Shown here in pieces: positions 47,470 to 58,423 of a stretch of DNA of 64,000 bases. A program made the position numbers and the translations under genes. Source of the DNA: Candidatus Brockarchaeota archaeon. GTDB lineage: Archaea > Thermoproteota > EX4484-205 > JAAOZP01. The stretch lies in assembly GCA_017601245.1 (NCBI GenBank), contig JAFNJB010000055.1, positions 56,455 to 120,454 of the forward strand. The letters run 5' to 3'. Every line of letters starts with the position of its first letter. Position 1 is the first letter of the stretch. A model generated the notes under the pieces. The model was not told where the DNA came from and ran no database searches. It was given only the letters and a program-made list of their open reading frames with translations.

Positions 47470-50022
47470 ATGAACGCGATGAAATTATCGTATTGCCTGC
47501 CACTAGTCCTAATACTTTTCTTATCATTATCTTCTTTTCAAATTACAAATAATGTTGCATCTGCAAAAACTTTGGTAACCAGAGTCTTTTACCCTTCTCA
47601 TGATGCTGTAGTTTATGAAGGCGATCCAGAACGGAACTTCGGTTCTCATGCTGAAATCGGCATTAATTACAGGATCGGTTTCAGAGACAGGTCTTTCATA
47701 ATGTTTGACTTAACTACTCTGCCTCCAGGCTCAACCATAGTTTCCGCAACCCTAAACCTCTACATGTACGATGCACCAAATTCCAGCAGAACCATTGCTT
47801 GTCATGAGATAGTTGAGGAACCGTGGAATGAGCTTAGTATAACTTGGAATAACCAGCCTTTAACAACAGTATTCTTAACCTCCGTGATAACTGGAACCCG
47901 CCCTAAAAAGCTTAGTTTTGACGTGAAAGAATCGCTTGTAAAATTCACCTGCAAGGATGAAATGGATTATATGCCGAATTACGGTTGGGTGTTGAAGGAT
48001 ATTAATGAAACTATAGGCGATAAGGATGATCCCCTTTGGATATGTTCGAAAGAACATCCTGATCAAGATAAACGTCCATATTTAGAAGTTAAGTTTTACC
48101 CGCCTCACCTAGAGTTAAACATTGAAGAGTCTTCGATAGAAGCGGGTAATTGGGTAAGGATTACAGTTCATCGAAAGACAAGCAGTAATGAGCCGATTAC
48201 TAGAGGAAGGCTTAAAATCAAATTCAGTTCTAATTCAACTTCAACCAGCAAAAAATTTTCAATAACCCCAGGGGGATCAGAAATAACCGAGCTAGTAATA
48301 CCCAATGAAGAGAGCTCCGTCACATTCTACTATTATGATGAAAAGGCTGGAACATGGAAGATAAGCGTCTGGACTGATGATTATGTAGATTACATGGGTG
48401 ATGCTAAAGTAATAAAAGTCAGGCCTGGACCATTATACTCATTCGGCTTTGAGCATATCTCCTCTCCAAAGATAATGGCTGCTCCATTTGCAATAACGAT
48501 TATTGCATACGATATTTACGGAAACGTTAAAACAGATTACACTGGGCAAAATACTCTTTCAGATACGACTGGTACGATAGAGCCTAATACAACCGGGAAA
48601 TTTAAAGATGGAAAATGGACAGGAAACGTGACTATAAGCAGAACTGGAAGAAACATTAAGATAACAACCGTTGGAGACGGTGCTATTGGCGAGAGTAACC
48701 CGTTCGATATTGCAATCGGCCCCCCCTCAAGAATTAGAATAGCACCGTCAGACTTCGCCGCAGCCCTAGGAGTCGTCTATTCTCATCTCAATATTTCTCT
48801 TACAGATATTGGTGGCTCAGAATCTTCAGCTACGACTGATGTATTGGTGAATCTTTCTACAAATTCTCCTGGTGGCGAATTCAGAGAACATGGAACAGGG
48901 AGGAAGATAACGAGCATAATAATCCCGGCTGGCAGGAGTACGGTTTACGTGGATTACTATGACACAGCAAATGGAACATGGATTCTAACAGCCTCGGCAC
49001 AAGGATTTGAAACAGGAAGGGCGAAAGTAAATGTGAAACCGGATACTACTCCACCTGAAATCGAAATAAAGATAAACGATCCGAAGCATGAAACACCATC
49101 CGGAATCTATGTATCGGGCTTAACGCCCATTTCCTTTTCGATTAAAGATGATCTCAGCGGTGTTATGGAAGTAAGATATAGGATAGATGAAAATTCTTGG
49201 AACTCATACTACTCAGATTTCAACCTAAACGCTTATTCTGAAGGCATGCATGTCATAACGTATTTTGGTATAGACAGAGCCGGTAATAAGGGAGCTGAGA
49301 AGAACATAACAATAATTCTAGATAAGACTCCTCCAAACGTTGAAAAAGTTTCCCCAACTGGAAAATTGTTTTCAAACTCAATAATAGTTAACTTCATCGC
49401 TAAGGTTAACGACTCGATGTCGGGAGTTAAAAAAGTAGAGTTATTCGTCGACGATATTTCTCAAGGGTTAATGAATATTAGCAGAGGAGAATATGTTAAA
49501 AAAGTGAACCTTTCCGAGGGATATCACGAATGGAGCATTAGGGTTATGGATAGAGTTGGCAACTTTTTAGATTTCAACTACTCTTTTACACTGTTCGTCG
49601 ATACTAAAAATCCAATAATTTATGAAATCTCGCAACCTTCAGCTGTATTCGGAGAATCGGCGATAATATCTTGTAAAGCTTATGATGAAGATTCCGGCAT
49701 TAAGGCTGTTTACCTTTTCTACTCTACGGATAAAGGTTCTAGTTGGATGGTTTTTTCCATGACGTTTCAAGGGGATACGTATATTGGTTCAATACCCCCT
49801 CAATTCATATTTACTGAAGTCCATTACTACGTCGAGGTTGTTGATAATGCTGGAAATAGGTTTCGATCAAGCCTATTCAAGTATACTGTAGGAATACCGC
49901 CCTGGCTTTATTCAATAATTGCGCTTTCAATTGCAGTCAGCATCTACATACTCCTTGCTAAGAAGTTGTTTGCGAAAAGAAAAACAAAATCCGACCGGGT
50001 TTTACAACAGGTTTCTGATTAA
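47470..50022 (+). CDS. Cell-surface protein: DNRLRE/CBM96-like domain, Ig-like repeats, C-terminal TM anchor
   Basis: Signal peptide; DAVVYE...FIMFDL...IVSATLNLY...WNELSITWNNQP...SKE...RPYLEV; repeated DTTPP/DKTPP and DRAGN/DNAGN motifs; TM helix plus basic tail. Confidence 0.85.
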   Translation: MNAMKLSYCLPLVLILFLSLSSFQITNNVASAKTLVTRVFYPSHDAVVYEGDPERNFGSHAEIGINYRIGFRDRSFIMFDLTTLPPGSTIVSATLNLYMYDAPNSSRTIACHEIVEEPWNELSITWNNQPLTTVFLTSVITGTRPKKLSFDVKESLVKFTCKDEMDYMPNYGWVLKDINETIGDKDDPLWICSKEHPDQDKRPYLEVKFYPPHLELNIEESSIEAGNWVRITVHRKTSSNEPITRGRLKIKFSSNSTSTSKKFSITPGGSEITELVIPNEESSVTFYYYDEKAGTWKISVWTDDYVDYMGDAKVIKVRPGPLYSFGFEHISSPKIMAAPFAITIIAYDIYGNVKTDYTGQNTLSDTTGTIEPNTTGKFKDGKWTGNVTISRTGRNIKITTVGDGAIGESNPFDIAIGPPSRIRIAPSDFAAALGVVYSHLNISLTDIGGSESSATTDVLVNLSTNSPGGEFREHGTGRKITSIIIPAGRSTVYVDYYDTANGTWILTASAQGFETGRAKVNVKPDTTPPEIEIKINDPKHETPSGIYVSGLTPISFSIKDDLSGVMEVRYRIDENSWNSYYSDFNLNAYSEGMHVITYFGIDRAGNKGAEKNITIILDKTPPNVEKVSPTGKLFSNSIIVNFIAKVNDSMSGVKKVELFVDDISQGLMNISRGEYVKKVNLSEGYHEWSIRVMDRVGNFLDFNYSFTLFVDTKNPIIYEISQPSAVFGESAIISCKAYDEDSGIKAVYLFYSTDKGSSWMVFSMTFQGDTYIGSIPPQFIFTEVHYYVEVVDNAGNRFRSSLFKYTVGIPPWLYSIIALSIAVSIYILLAKKLFAKRKTKSDRVLQQVSD

Positions 50023-50394
50023 TTCTTTTTCCGTTACTATCCCCACCATTTTACCGCCTTTTACAACAACAATTCTCCTTATCCCTTTTTCCTTCATCAT
50101 AGTTATGGCCTTAAGAATAGGTTCATCAGGATCTATGGTAACGAGCGGTTTACTCATTATCTCTTTACAAACCGTCTTTTTAGGGTCTTTATTCTCGATC
50201 AAAACCCTTCTAATTAAATCTCTTTCAGTAACTATTCCCTCTGGTTTTCCCCCGGATTCTACAACAACCGCTCCTATTCCATAGTTTATCATTTTATTGG
50301 CCGCTTCGAAAACCGGGTCTGTTGGTAAAACGCTTATCACAGGAGAAGACATTACATCTCTAACTTTCTTCTCTCCCTTCTCCAAGGTAGGCAT
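50002..50394 (-). CDS. Stand-alone CBS-pair protein
   Basis: VRDVMS...GIVTERDL and EIMSKP...GIVTEKEL. Confidence 0.92.
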   Translation of the reverse strand: MPTLEKGEKKVRDVMSSPVISVLPTDPVFEAANKMINYGIGAVVVESGGKPEGIVTERDLIRRVLIENKDPKKTVCKEIMSKPLVTIDPDEPILKAITMMKEKGIRRIVVVKGGKMVGIVTEKELIRNLL

Positions 50395-50472
50395 CCTCCA
50401 ACTAAATTGATATAAAACATTGATTAATAACTTTTCTCTTGTTTATCTTAAAATTGAAAGTCTTTGTTTAAA

Positions 50473-51501
50473 CTATATGAGTTCGAGAATGAAAACATGC
50501 GGATAAAGGCCGCCTGTTTCCACTACTCTTTCATGGACTATTTTAAACTTTTTCGTTTTTAAAATCAGGCTCCTAAAAGAAGTTGCCTTAAGGTTTATTA
50601 TAACCATCCTCCCATCCGGCTTCATAATTCTATAGGCCGTATTCAAAAAGGACCAGTACAATTCCTTAAGATTTCTCTCTCTGCCTAATCTAACACCGTA
50701 AGGTGGATTAGTCACTATCTTATCTATTTCCCTACCGTAGTACTCGTCCAATCTCCGCGCATCTGCTGTTTTCAAAAATACGTATCCTTCAACTCCAGCC
50801 GCCTTAATGTTTTCACATGCTCCCTTTAGAAACCTGCTGTTTATATCACTACCTAGGATTTTTATCTTGCCATCCCATATTTGCGCAGCCTCTATGAGTA
50901 TTGTCCCTCCTCCACAGAAGGGGTCAAGCAGTGTATCGCCATCTCTTATGTCTGCCATCCTAAGCATTCCGTAGGCTAATGGCGCTTTTATCGCTGCCGG
51001 GTGATTAAATGGTCTTTCAAACCTTTTATGCAACGATTCTCTTGTTAACTGAATACCGATATAGCACTTACTGCCTATAACATCACAAATGATGTTTACG
51101 TCGAAATTCTCTAAATCGACCTTTTTCCCATACTTCTCAACTATTGCTTGACCAGCGTATTTTTGCACTTGAATGGATGTGAAGGAATGTTCTCCTATTC
51201 TTTGACTTGTAACCCTAAAAGTATTTGCATTATCCAATTCCTCTATTTCTATTTCCTTAAGATTCCTATAGATATCTGATAGGCCTTCATCGCTTGTTTT
51301 TATTTCAAACATAGTCACGTATTTTATAGCGTGGTAGATGGATCGTAACGAAAAAATCTTTCCGATTTCCTTCTCATCGATTTCCGTAATCAGCTTGCCA
51401 GGGAGATTATGGAAACTAGACACGGAAGCTCCTATTTTCTCGCCCACTTCCTTTTCCACAATATCCTCTATGCCCGGGTTAGTGGTTAACAGTATCTTCA
51501 T
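50473..51501 (-). CDS. THUMP-domain tRNA m2G methyltransferase (Trm14/TrmN-like)
   Basis: TFRVTSQRIGEHSFTS THUMP, SLHKR, HPAAIK, DPFCGGGT, TNPPYG. Confidence 0.9.
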   Translation of the reverse strand: MKILLTTNPGIEDIVEKEVGEKIGASVSSFHNLPGKLITEIDEKEIGKIFSLRSIYHAIKYVTMFEIKTSDEGLSDIYRNLKEIEIEELDNANTFRVTSQRIGEHSFTSIQVQKYAGQAIVEKYGKKVDLENFDVNIICDVIGSKCYIGIQLTRESLHKRFERPFNHPAAIKAPLAYGMLRMADIRDGDTLLDPFCGGGTILIEAAQIWDGKIKILGSDINSRFLKGACENIKAAGVEGYVFLKTADARRLDEYYGREIDKIVTNPPYGVRLGRERNLKELYWSFLNTAYRIMKPDGRMVIINLKATSFRSLILKTKKFKIVHERVVETGGLYPHVFILELI

Positions 51502-51533
51502 TTTAATCTCTATTTATGAGAACTACTTGTTTC

Positions 51534-52046
51534 TCACCAATGTTCGTAATGGACAATTTCTTCCAAGGGCTTACGGTCTACTACGGGTCCCTTTTCCTCA
51601 GCTGGATATCCTATTGGTGTCATGGCTACTACACGTATTTCTCGAGGAATTCCCAGTACTTTCTTAACTTCTTGCTCATCGAATGCGCCGATCCAGCATG
51701 TTCCAAGCCCCTCTTCCCAAGCTGCTAGAACCAGATTCTGCATGGCTATGGCAACGTCAACCTTCCAGTATTCTTCCCCGTCTTTCCTAGTCCACGCTTT
51801 AGCTGGATTTGCACATGCTACTATTATGACTGGAGCGTTTACAAACCAGTCTCTAGGATATGCTGCTCCCAGTTTCCTCTTTACTTCAGGATCAGTTACT
51901 ACAATAAAATCCCACGGTTGACGGTTTACTGCAGAGGGAGCAAGCCTAGCTGCCTCCAATACTCGTAGCAATTTATCTCTTTCAACAGGCTTTTCTAAGT
52001 ATTTTCTTATGCTTCTTCTCGTTCTAACCGCTTCGAACACGTTCAT
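51534..52046 (-). CDS. Nitroreductase-family flavoprotein
   Basis: RRSIRKY, APSAVNRQPW, GLGTCWIG, IGYP. Confidence 0.95.
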   Translation of the reverse strand: MNVFEAVRTRRSIRKYLEKPVERDKLLRVLEAARLAPSAVNRQPWDFIVVTDPEVKRKLGAAYPRDWFVNAPVIIVACANPAKAWTRKDGEEYWKVDVAIAMQNLVLAAWEEGLGTCWIGAFDEQEVKKVLGIPREIRVVAMTPIGYPAEEKGPVVDRKPLEEIVHYEHW

Positions 52047-52092
52047 TTTATTTTTCAGTGTTAATTCTTAAGCGGCATGCTATAAATATAAG

Positions 52093-52977
52093 TTACGTTT
52101 TCTCTAAGAGTTTAAACGTCTCGTAGAAACTCGACGTTTCTCTGAATGCCTTTTCAGCAATGTTAAAGACATTTATCCTAGTCTCTTTTATACGAATATG
52201 CCAACCCAAGTCTTCACTCTTCTCCCATCTGCCACCGAGTCTTCTAACCAATACTTCGCCAAGATAGCTTCCCGTCATTAACACGAGTTTTAAAAGCACT
52301 ATACTTTGCGGTTCATCACTATTGATACTAATATCTCTGAATAATTCTCTAGGCCAGTGAGCATCTACAACCCTATCCAATTCCATAAGAGACTCTGGGG
52401 TATAATCGATAGGTTTAAGCTCCATGTTGAAGAACCATTCTACACATTCTGCAGCGCAATGCCTAAAAAAGGAGGGGCCTGTTGTTAAAACCCTCTCATT
52501 GTCCTCTATTATTTCTCCATTTTCATCCCTACAGTAATATTTTATTCCTATTTCTTTCTCCTTTAAGGAATTTATCCAATGATTCAAATACTTGTCTATA
52601 AGCTCCCAATCGGGATTCTCGGAATCAAGTTTACAATCCTCAAAAAATTGTAGTTTTAAGTGTTCTGCGATGAATAAAGCATCCATATCTCCCCTTATCG
52701 ACTTGGATTCTTCTATTATCTGTCCTATTTTGGAAAGCCTTGCACCATCGAGCTTGGATTCTAAGAGTCTCTTAGCTATTGCAAAGGCTGAACGTATTGC
52801 AAAAGCTTTCTCGTTCTCATCAAAGCCCCCTCTCATGAAGTCATCAATCCAGTTGTAGAAAACCAGCAGGAAACCTATCCTATCCCTATCCTTAGAATCT
52901 ATCGTTTTATTAAAAAGACTCCTGTACTCTTCGGTAATATCTCTTAAAGGTCTTATCCGAGATGACTCATTACTCAT
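52093..52977 (-). CDS. Hypothetical protein with C-terminal DUF3806-like domain
   Basis: IDYTPESLMELDRVV...GSYLGEVLVRRLGGRW pattern. Confidence 0.62.
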   Translation of the reverse strand: MSNESSRIRPLRDITEEYRSLFNKTIDSKDRDRIGFLLVFYNWIDDFMRGGFDENEKAFAIRSAFAIAKRLLESKLDGARLSKIGQIIEESKSIRGDMDALFIAEHLKLQFFEDCKLDSENPDWELIDKYLNHWINSLKEKEIGIKYYCRDENGEIIEDNERVLTTGPSFFRHCAAECVEWFFNMELKPIDYTPESLMELDRVVDAHWPRELFRDISINSDEPQSIVLLKLVLMTGSYLGEVLVRRLGGRWEKSEDLGWHIRIKETRINVFNIAEKAFRETSSFYETFKLLEKT

Positions 52978-53030
52978 TAATCATGATAGAACCGGGTTGT
53001 TTAAAACTCTTACTCTATCGAGTTCAACTC

Positions 53031-53333
53031 CTAAATTTCCTTTCTTTTCAAGACTTTTTTTACAGCTTCTTCCCTCTCCCTGCTTTTATTAACATCCTCA
53101 AATAACCATCTTCTTAACTCTTCTATATCCACTCTGGGTATCGACTTCTTCGTTCTCGCTTCTCTCGCTATCTTCTGATGTTCAACTAGTGTTGATATCA
53201 ATTCCTCAAGCTTCTTCTCTTTTTCCCAGTAGTAATTGTAAACCTCCGGCCCTATAGCGCTTTCTTTCCTCCTTCTAATTTCTTCAAGTTCCTTTTTAAG
53301 TGAATTTATTATTTCCTCATCCTTCTCGCTCAA
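53031..53333 (-). CDS. Small charged helical-hairpin protein, paralogue of 59490-59705
   Basis: Shares the L-E-E-[IV]-R-x-x-K-E-x-A-I-G-P-x-x-Y-x-x-Y-W-x-K-E-K block with 59490-59705. Confidence 0.72.
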   Translation of the reverse strand: MSEKDEEIINSLKKELEEIRRRKESAIGPEVYNYYWEKEKKLEELISTLVEHQKIAREARTKKSIPRVDIEELRRWLFEDVNKSREREEAVKKVLKRKEI

Positions 53334-53455
53334 ATCTGCTCGACGCTTTCCGACTATATTTCTTAATTCGACAGATTTAAACCTTCCTGCTCGAATATGC
53401 TAAGAATGTTATTGTCGAAATGCGTCAAGTACTTTTATTCAAAAATTACTTTATA

Positions 53456-54454
53456 TCAGTATAATAAGGATATTAAGAGAATCATCAAGAAGTATATTGT
53501 CAATGTCAAAATTATTTCAATAGCCTTATCTGGATAATCCTTTTTGAAAATAAACCGTACTGGAAGCCTCAAGACTTTCCCAATAAGATTGGAAACAGGC
53601 ATCATAAACGGTGTTTTAGAACGGTATTTCTCATATTCTTCCCTATGCTTTTCAATCATTATCAACTCTTCTCTTAAAGCAATTCCTATTAGTATGAAAG
53701 CAAAAATGGTCCAGAAGAATGGCGGTGGTGCGAAATATCCGCCTCTAGGAGGTAGGAAAACATACTTATCGTATACTAGGAGACCATAGCTCCACAATAG
53801 GAAGCTGAAATACTGGGGGTGTCTGGAATACTTATAGATGAGTGATTTTGCAAATCCCGATTTTTGAAGCTTGTAGTAAAGCCATGTGGTGCAACTCATG
53901 AAGAAAATTATAGAGCTTACCATTATAATGGTTAGAAAAAGAGTCTCATCGAGACTTTGTAAATATCCTCCAAAAACGTTATTGAGCATAAACCTCAGAG
54001 CATCATACGGGAAATAAACAATATCCCCAAGCTCTAAGAGACTGCTTGCCATACTTATTTTTTCATAAATAGATGATCCGGGGAAAAGTTCTAAGAATGG
54101 AAGCCATATTATTCTCAATATCCCTACTCCCGCTAAGAAGAACATTACTGAAGCAAAATAGCTGAAAGTGGGGAGAAATAGAATAAAAGAACCTAGGAAG
54201 CTAATTTTATATTTCTTAAAAACAAATCCAAGTATTATCAGAATTATTATCATCGTTAGACAGAAGTATCCCAATGGTCGCAGTGAATTTACAAAACTCT
54301 CCGCTTCTTCTATTTCGCCAACACCATAGTGTGGTATCGCTTCTCCAAGAAGGTTGTTTAATACGTGTGGTAATTCTACAGTAGAATATAGAAGTGCATA
54401 AGAGAATATTGCTGAAAGAATTATCGAAATAATCATTGCTTGAGATTTATGCAT
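53456..54454 (-). CDS. Isoprenylcysteine/phospholipid methyltransferase (ICMT/PEMT)-family membrane protein
   Basis: IYKYSRHPQY, ALREE...EYEKYRSKTPF; many TM helices. Confidence 0.8.
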   Translation of the reverse strand: MHKSQAMIISIILSAIFSYALLYSTVELPHVLNNLLGEAIPHYGVGEIEEAESFVNSLRPLGYFCLTMIIILIILGFVFKKYKISFLGSFILFLPTFSYFASVMFFLAGVGILRIIWLPFLELFPGSSIYEKISMASSLLELGDIVYFPYDALRFMLNNVFGGYLQSLDETLFLTIIMVSSIIFFMSCTTWLYYKLQKSGFAKSLIYKYSRHPQYFSFLLWSYGLLVYDKYVFLPPRGGYFAPPPFFWTIFAFILIGIALREELIMIEKHREEYEKYRSKTPFMMPVSNLIGKVLRLPVRFIFKKDYPDKAIEIILTLTIYFLMILLISLLY

Positions 54455-54893
54455 TTTTCAGAACCAAACCTCTTGTAGCGTCTTTTTAAATTTTAAGGAT
54501 TTTTCAATTCGCTGTCTGCAATACTTCATTTTTTTCTCGGGCTCATTAAATCACATGGAGTTTACAGTTGGTTAAGTTTCCATCGCTTTTAACCTGAGCG
54601 TCGAGAGTTATTATGAGGTTTTTCAACGGCGGGGTTTAAGAGATATTTTTCTAATAAAGGAAGGTCTTAATTTAGATTATTGTGTAATGTATTCAATGTG
54701 TTTGAATATTCCAATAATGCGGGAGTATCTGGGTTTACAAGGTTACATTCATCGGAAACACAATGATGCAAATTGCGACATATGTTACTTAGAACTAGCA
54801 AGGAAGTTTTATATCGATTGTTGAGAAATACTTTAAGCTGGGAGAACTTAAGACAAAATGTTTTTATCTTAATAACAATTCCATTTTCAGGAA

Positions 54894-55592
54894 ATGACGG
54901 CAAATTTATCAGAGGAGGATTTGAGAAGGTTACTTGCAAAATATGCTCATGCAATATACAATGCTAAATTGGCTACTGGCCCCGGTGGGACTCTAAGCGC
55001 TAGACTTGCAAACAGCGATATAATATTTGTTAAACCAAGTGGGTTTAATCTTGGTGAATTAAAGCCTGAAGACTTTATAGGTGTAGATTTGAAAACGCTC
55101 CAAGTAGTGAAGGGGACTGCAAAACCGTCGATGGAGACTGGAGTTCTAGCGAAATGTCATTTAGCTAGGGAAGACGTTAATGCTGTAATCCATGCTCACC
55201 CTCCCTTCTGCATATCTTTAAGTTCAGTAGACCTTGATATTAATACTCCTCTATATCCAGATCACGTAGTCTTTTTAGAAGAAGTCGCTACGCTACCCTT
55301 CTACGCTCCTGGTTCAGAAGAATTGGCTGAGGCTGTTGGAAAGGCTGCAAGAAAACATAATTGCATACTGTTGAAAAATCACGGCGTGATAACATTGGGT
55401 TCTTCACTTAGGGAAGCATATTACAGGCTAGAGATAATGGAGGAGAGTGCAAAAATAATTGTTTTTTCTTCGGTTTTGGCTACTATGAAGAGACCAGATG
55501 GGAAACCGGATTCGCTTTCAGCTGAACAAGCCGATTCTATTCGTAGGCTTCAAATGGAAGCATATAGAAAGAGTCTTGCTAAGAATTGGTAG
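54894..55592 (+). CDS. Class II aldolase/adducin family (fuculose/rhamnulose-phosphate aldolase-like)
   Basis: GGTLSAR, VKPSG, KPSME, VIHAHPP, LLKNHG, PGSEELA. Confidence 0.9.
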   Translation: MTANLSEEDLRRLLAKYAHAIYNAKLATGPGGTLSARLANSDIIFVKPSGFNLGELKPEDFIGVDLKTLQVVKGTAKPSMETGVLAKCHLAREDVNAVIHAHPPFCISLSSVDLDINTPLYPDHVVFLEEVATLPFYAPGSEELAEAVGKAARKHNCILLKNHGVITLGSSLREAYYRLEIMEESAKIIVFSSVLATMKRPDGKPDSLSAEQADSIRRLQMEAYRKSLAKNW

Positions 55593-55599
55593 TCTTACG

Positions 55600-57150
55600 T
55601 TATGTTTCAATAGCTTTTAACTCTTTAAATTCTTCTTCGAGGCTCTGGTAAAGCCTCTTGTAAATTCTGTATAATTTCTCGTATTTTAACGAAGCTTCAG
55701 GATCCGGCTTAATTATCTCGCTACTAGACAACCATTCCCTTATGACCTCGTATCCTTTTAGGGTTTTTGTTCCTACGCCGGCAAGCAGAGCATCACCATA
55801 GGGTGCCCCTATGCTTGAAGCCAAATACTCAACATCCATGTTTAACACGTCCGTTATTATCTTTCTCCAAAGCCTCGACTTTGCTCCACCGTTAACCAGT
55901 ATAGCTCTCTTAAGAGGTATTCCCACCTCTCTAGCAGTTTCCACGCAATACCTTATGGCATAAGCCACTCCTTCTAGGACGGCTCTGAAAATATGAGCCT
56001 TGGTATGTCTCAGAGTTAGACCGAATAATACTCCCCTAACATACTCGTCCCACCAGGGTGCTCTTTCACCAACCATCATATGTGGTAGAAATATTAATCC
56101 ATTAGAACCAGGGGGTGTCCTCTCGGCTTCAAGGTCAAGAATACTATAGGAACTTAACCCGAGTTCTTTACTCAAACTGTTTTCAATACTCCCGAAATTA
56201 TCCCTAAACCATCTTACACAATATCCAGCGGTTATAATTCCTGCGAAAGAATAATATTTGCGATCATCATAGGCAACGTGAGAATAATTTACCATTTTAC
56301 GCGAGAACCTAGGCTCATCCTGGATGAAACCGTTACACGTTGAAGTGCCTAGCATCATAGCAAGTTCACCATCTTCAAGTGCCCCAACCCCGAGGGCTGA
56401 CATCGGTGCATCGATACCCCCTGCGCAAACCGGCGTACCCTTAGCCAACCCGCTAAGTTCAGCACCTTTCGAAGTCACTTCGCCAACCACATCCTTAGAC
56501 ATGCTTATTTTCTCCGGGAAGAAGCTTCTCGGTATCCCCAGTTCAGACATAAGGCTTTCAGCAAATCTCTTTTCCTTGGGGTTGAATATGCCTCCGTAAT
56601 TTCCTATTGAAGAATAATCAACTGAAATTTCTCCCGTAAGCTTATATATACAATATGCATTGGGAGTGACGAACTGGTATATCTTATTCCAAACATGCGG
56701 TTCATTCCTCTTTATCCAAAGCATCTTAGTATATCCGTAATATGGGTCTATAGTATTACAGGTTTCTTTGAAGACAGTTTCTTCCCCTATCTTCTCCCTT
56801 ATCCATTTACATTCTTCAGTAGCCCTCCTATCAGCCCATATTAAGCATGGTCTCAATGGATTCATTTCCTTATCGCAAGGTATTCCGGATCCACCGTAGA
56901 GGCTACTTATGCAGTAGCCAGCTATGTCACGCGGATCAATTCCTGCCTTCTTTATAACCTCTTTTATAGTTTCACATACGGCGTTAAACCATACGTCGGG
57001 CCATTGTTCAGCCCAACCCGTTTTAGGAGTCAATACTCCATACTCTACGGTTGCGTTCGCAATCTCCTTGCCTTCAGCATTAACAAGTACGGTCTTAGTT
57101 GCTGAAGTCCCTATGTCAGTACCGAGAAAGAGACTGCTCAATTCAAACAC
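55600..57150 (-). CDS. FGGY-family carbohydrate kinase
   Basis: GTDIGTSATK, WAEQ, IWADRRA, GGIDA, LGTS, GERAPWWD, AVLEGVA, NGGAKS. Confidence 0.94.
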   Translation of the reverse strand: MFELSSLFLGTDIGTSATKTVLVNAEGKEIANATVEYGVLTPKTGWAEQWPDVWFNAVCETIKEVIKKAGIDPRDIAGYCISSLYGGSGIPCDKEMNPLRPCLIWADRRATEECKWIREKIGEETVFKETCNTIDPYYGYTKMLWIKRNEPHVWNKIYQFVTPNAYCIYKLTGEISVDYSSIGNYGGIFNPKEKRFAESLMSELGIPRSFFPEKISMSKDVVGEVTSKGAELSGLAKGTPVCAGGIDAPMSALGVGALEDGELAMMLGTSTCNGFIQDEPRFSRKMVNYSHVAYDDRKYYSFAGIITAGYCVRWFRDNFGSIENSLSKELGLSSYSILDLEAERTPPGSNGLIFLPHMMVGERAPWWDEYVRGVLFGLTLRHTKAHIFRAVLEGVAYAIRYCVETAREVGIPLKRAILVNGGAKSRLWRKIITDVLNMDVEYLASSIGAPYGDALLAGVGTKTLKGYEVIREWLSSSEIIKPDPEASLKYEKLYRIYKRLYQSLEEEFKELKAIET

Positions 57151-57157
57151 CCTTAAC

Positions 57158-58288
57158 CTATCCTCTGAGTATTATCTTCTTTACGAAGTTTATTATTTCA
57201 GCCTGGTCTCCTGTTTCCCTTACTCGTTCAAGCTCCTCTTTCCTAGCATATATCAAAAGGGCTTTTTTAGCAAGGTTTGCAAAAATCTCCTTAGATAAGT
57301 ACATCGCTTTAACGGGATCTGTCCTATAGGTAAATTGATCTTCACCGAACCATCCGTCGTAGCCAGTGTCTATTGCTGAATAAATGAAATCAACCATCCT
57401 CCATATGTCTCCGGTTCCGGCAATCCTGTCCTCATCATTACTGTGAAGCTTAGCCGTATTTATATGGAAGTTGACTAAAGGTACTCCAAAAGTCTTTAAG
57501 GCATACACTGTAGCTGCTGGTTCGACAGCGTACATTTGCTCATGTCCATAATCTATACACACACCCATATTATTCCCTCCACATCGTTCGTTAACGGTCT
57601 TAGCAACTAAGGCTGCATGATGGGTAGTTGGTATAACCATATTGCCCTCTCTCGGCTCGTGGAGTTTAGCTTCAATACCGAATATAAGCCCGGATTTCTT
57701 AGCCTCTCTATTTATTTTCTCACACCCGTCTATGAAAAACTCAAGTTGCTTACCATAGTTTACCTCGAAATTATAATCCCAGCCGTCGGATCCCGGCCAT
57801 AGGGAAACACTGTTACAACCAAGTTCCTTGGCAATTTCAACTGCCTGAATAGCTATTTGAATAGCTTCTTCTCTTACTTTTGGAGACGGGTTTGTTATGC
57901 CTCCCATTTTCCACTTCGGGTCCGTCCAAAGATTTATGTTCATGTTTGTTGGTACCAACCCTAGCTTCTTTAACTCATCTTTAACTTCTCCGATAAAGCT
58001 CTGCACTTTCCTATAATTAGAGTCTATAAAGAGCACATCATGAAACTCGACCCCCTTTATGCCTGCTTGCTTAATTCTACGGAGTTGAGAAATTATATCG
58101 CTTCTGAAGTTCGGGTCGTTGCTATTATAACCTCTGGTAGCAAACCTGTCCATGAAATCTCCTGCAGACCAGTGTCCAGCTGCAAATTTTATACCAAAAT
58201 CCTCAAAAAACTTGTCAATTATGTCCCCCTCAAGATATTCTGAGTATTCTGTTTCCAATTTTTTAAGAATATCAATACTTATCTTCAT
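57158..58288 (-). CDS. Xylose-isomerase/RhaI-fold sugar isomerase (start re-called to ATG 58288)
   Basis: VEFH, LWPGSDG, IEAKLHEP (compare XylA EPKPxEP and RhaI EYKxxEP), IDYGH, FHIN, DEDR, GEDQF metal-ligand pattern. Confidence 0.85.
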   Translation of the reverse strand: MKISIDILKKLETEYSEYLEGDIIDKFFEDFGIKFAAGHWSAGDFMDRFATRGYNSNDPNFRSDIISQLRRIKQAGIKGVEFHDVLFIDSNYRKVQSFIGEVKDELKKLGLVPTNMNINLWTDPKWKMGGITNPSPKVREEAIQIAIQAVEIAKELGCNSVSLWPGSDGWDYNFEVNYGKQLEFFIDGCEKINREAKKSGLIFGIEAKLHEPREGNMVIPTTHHAALVAKTVNERCGGNNMGVCIDYGHEQMYAVEPAATVYALKTFGVPLVNFHINTAKLHSNDEDRIAGTGDIWRMVDFIYSAIDTGYDGWFGEDQFTYRTDPVKAMYLSKEIFANLAKKALLIYARKEELERVRETGDQAEIINFVKKIILRG

Positions 58289-58423
58289 TTGCAATGAGAA
58301 AAGATCCTGGAAGCTAATAAGTATTTCGTTATGCTTCACTACTCTATTTATCCAACAATACATCTCCTTAAGGCTGTTAAATTTAATGGGAAAAGAATTC
58401 CTAACAGGACCATGATGCTTTCT

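Noticed and set aside
54687-54824. 45-aa Cys-containing ORF (…NCDICY…) as a ferredoxin remnant
   Set aside because: No complete CxxCxxC motif and no clear promoter or RBS; could be chance.
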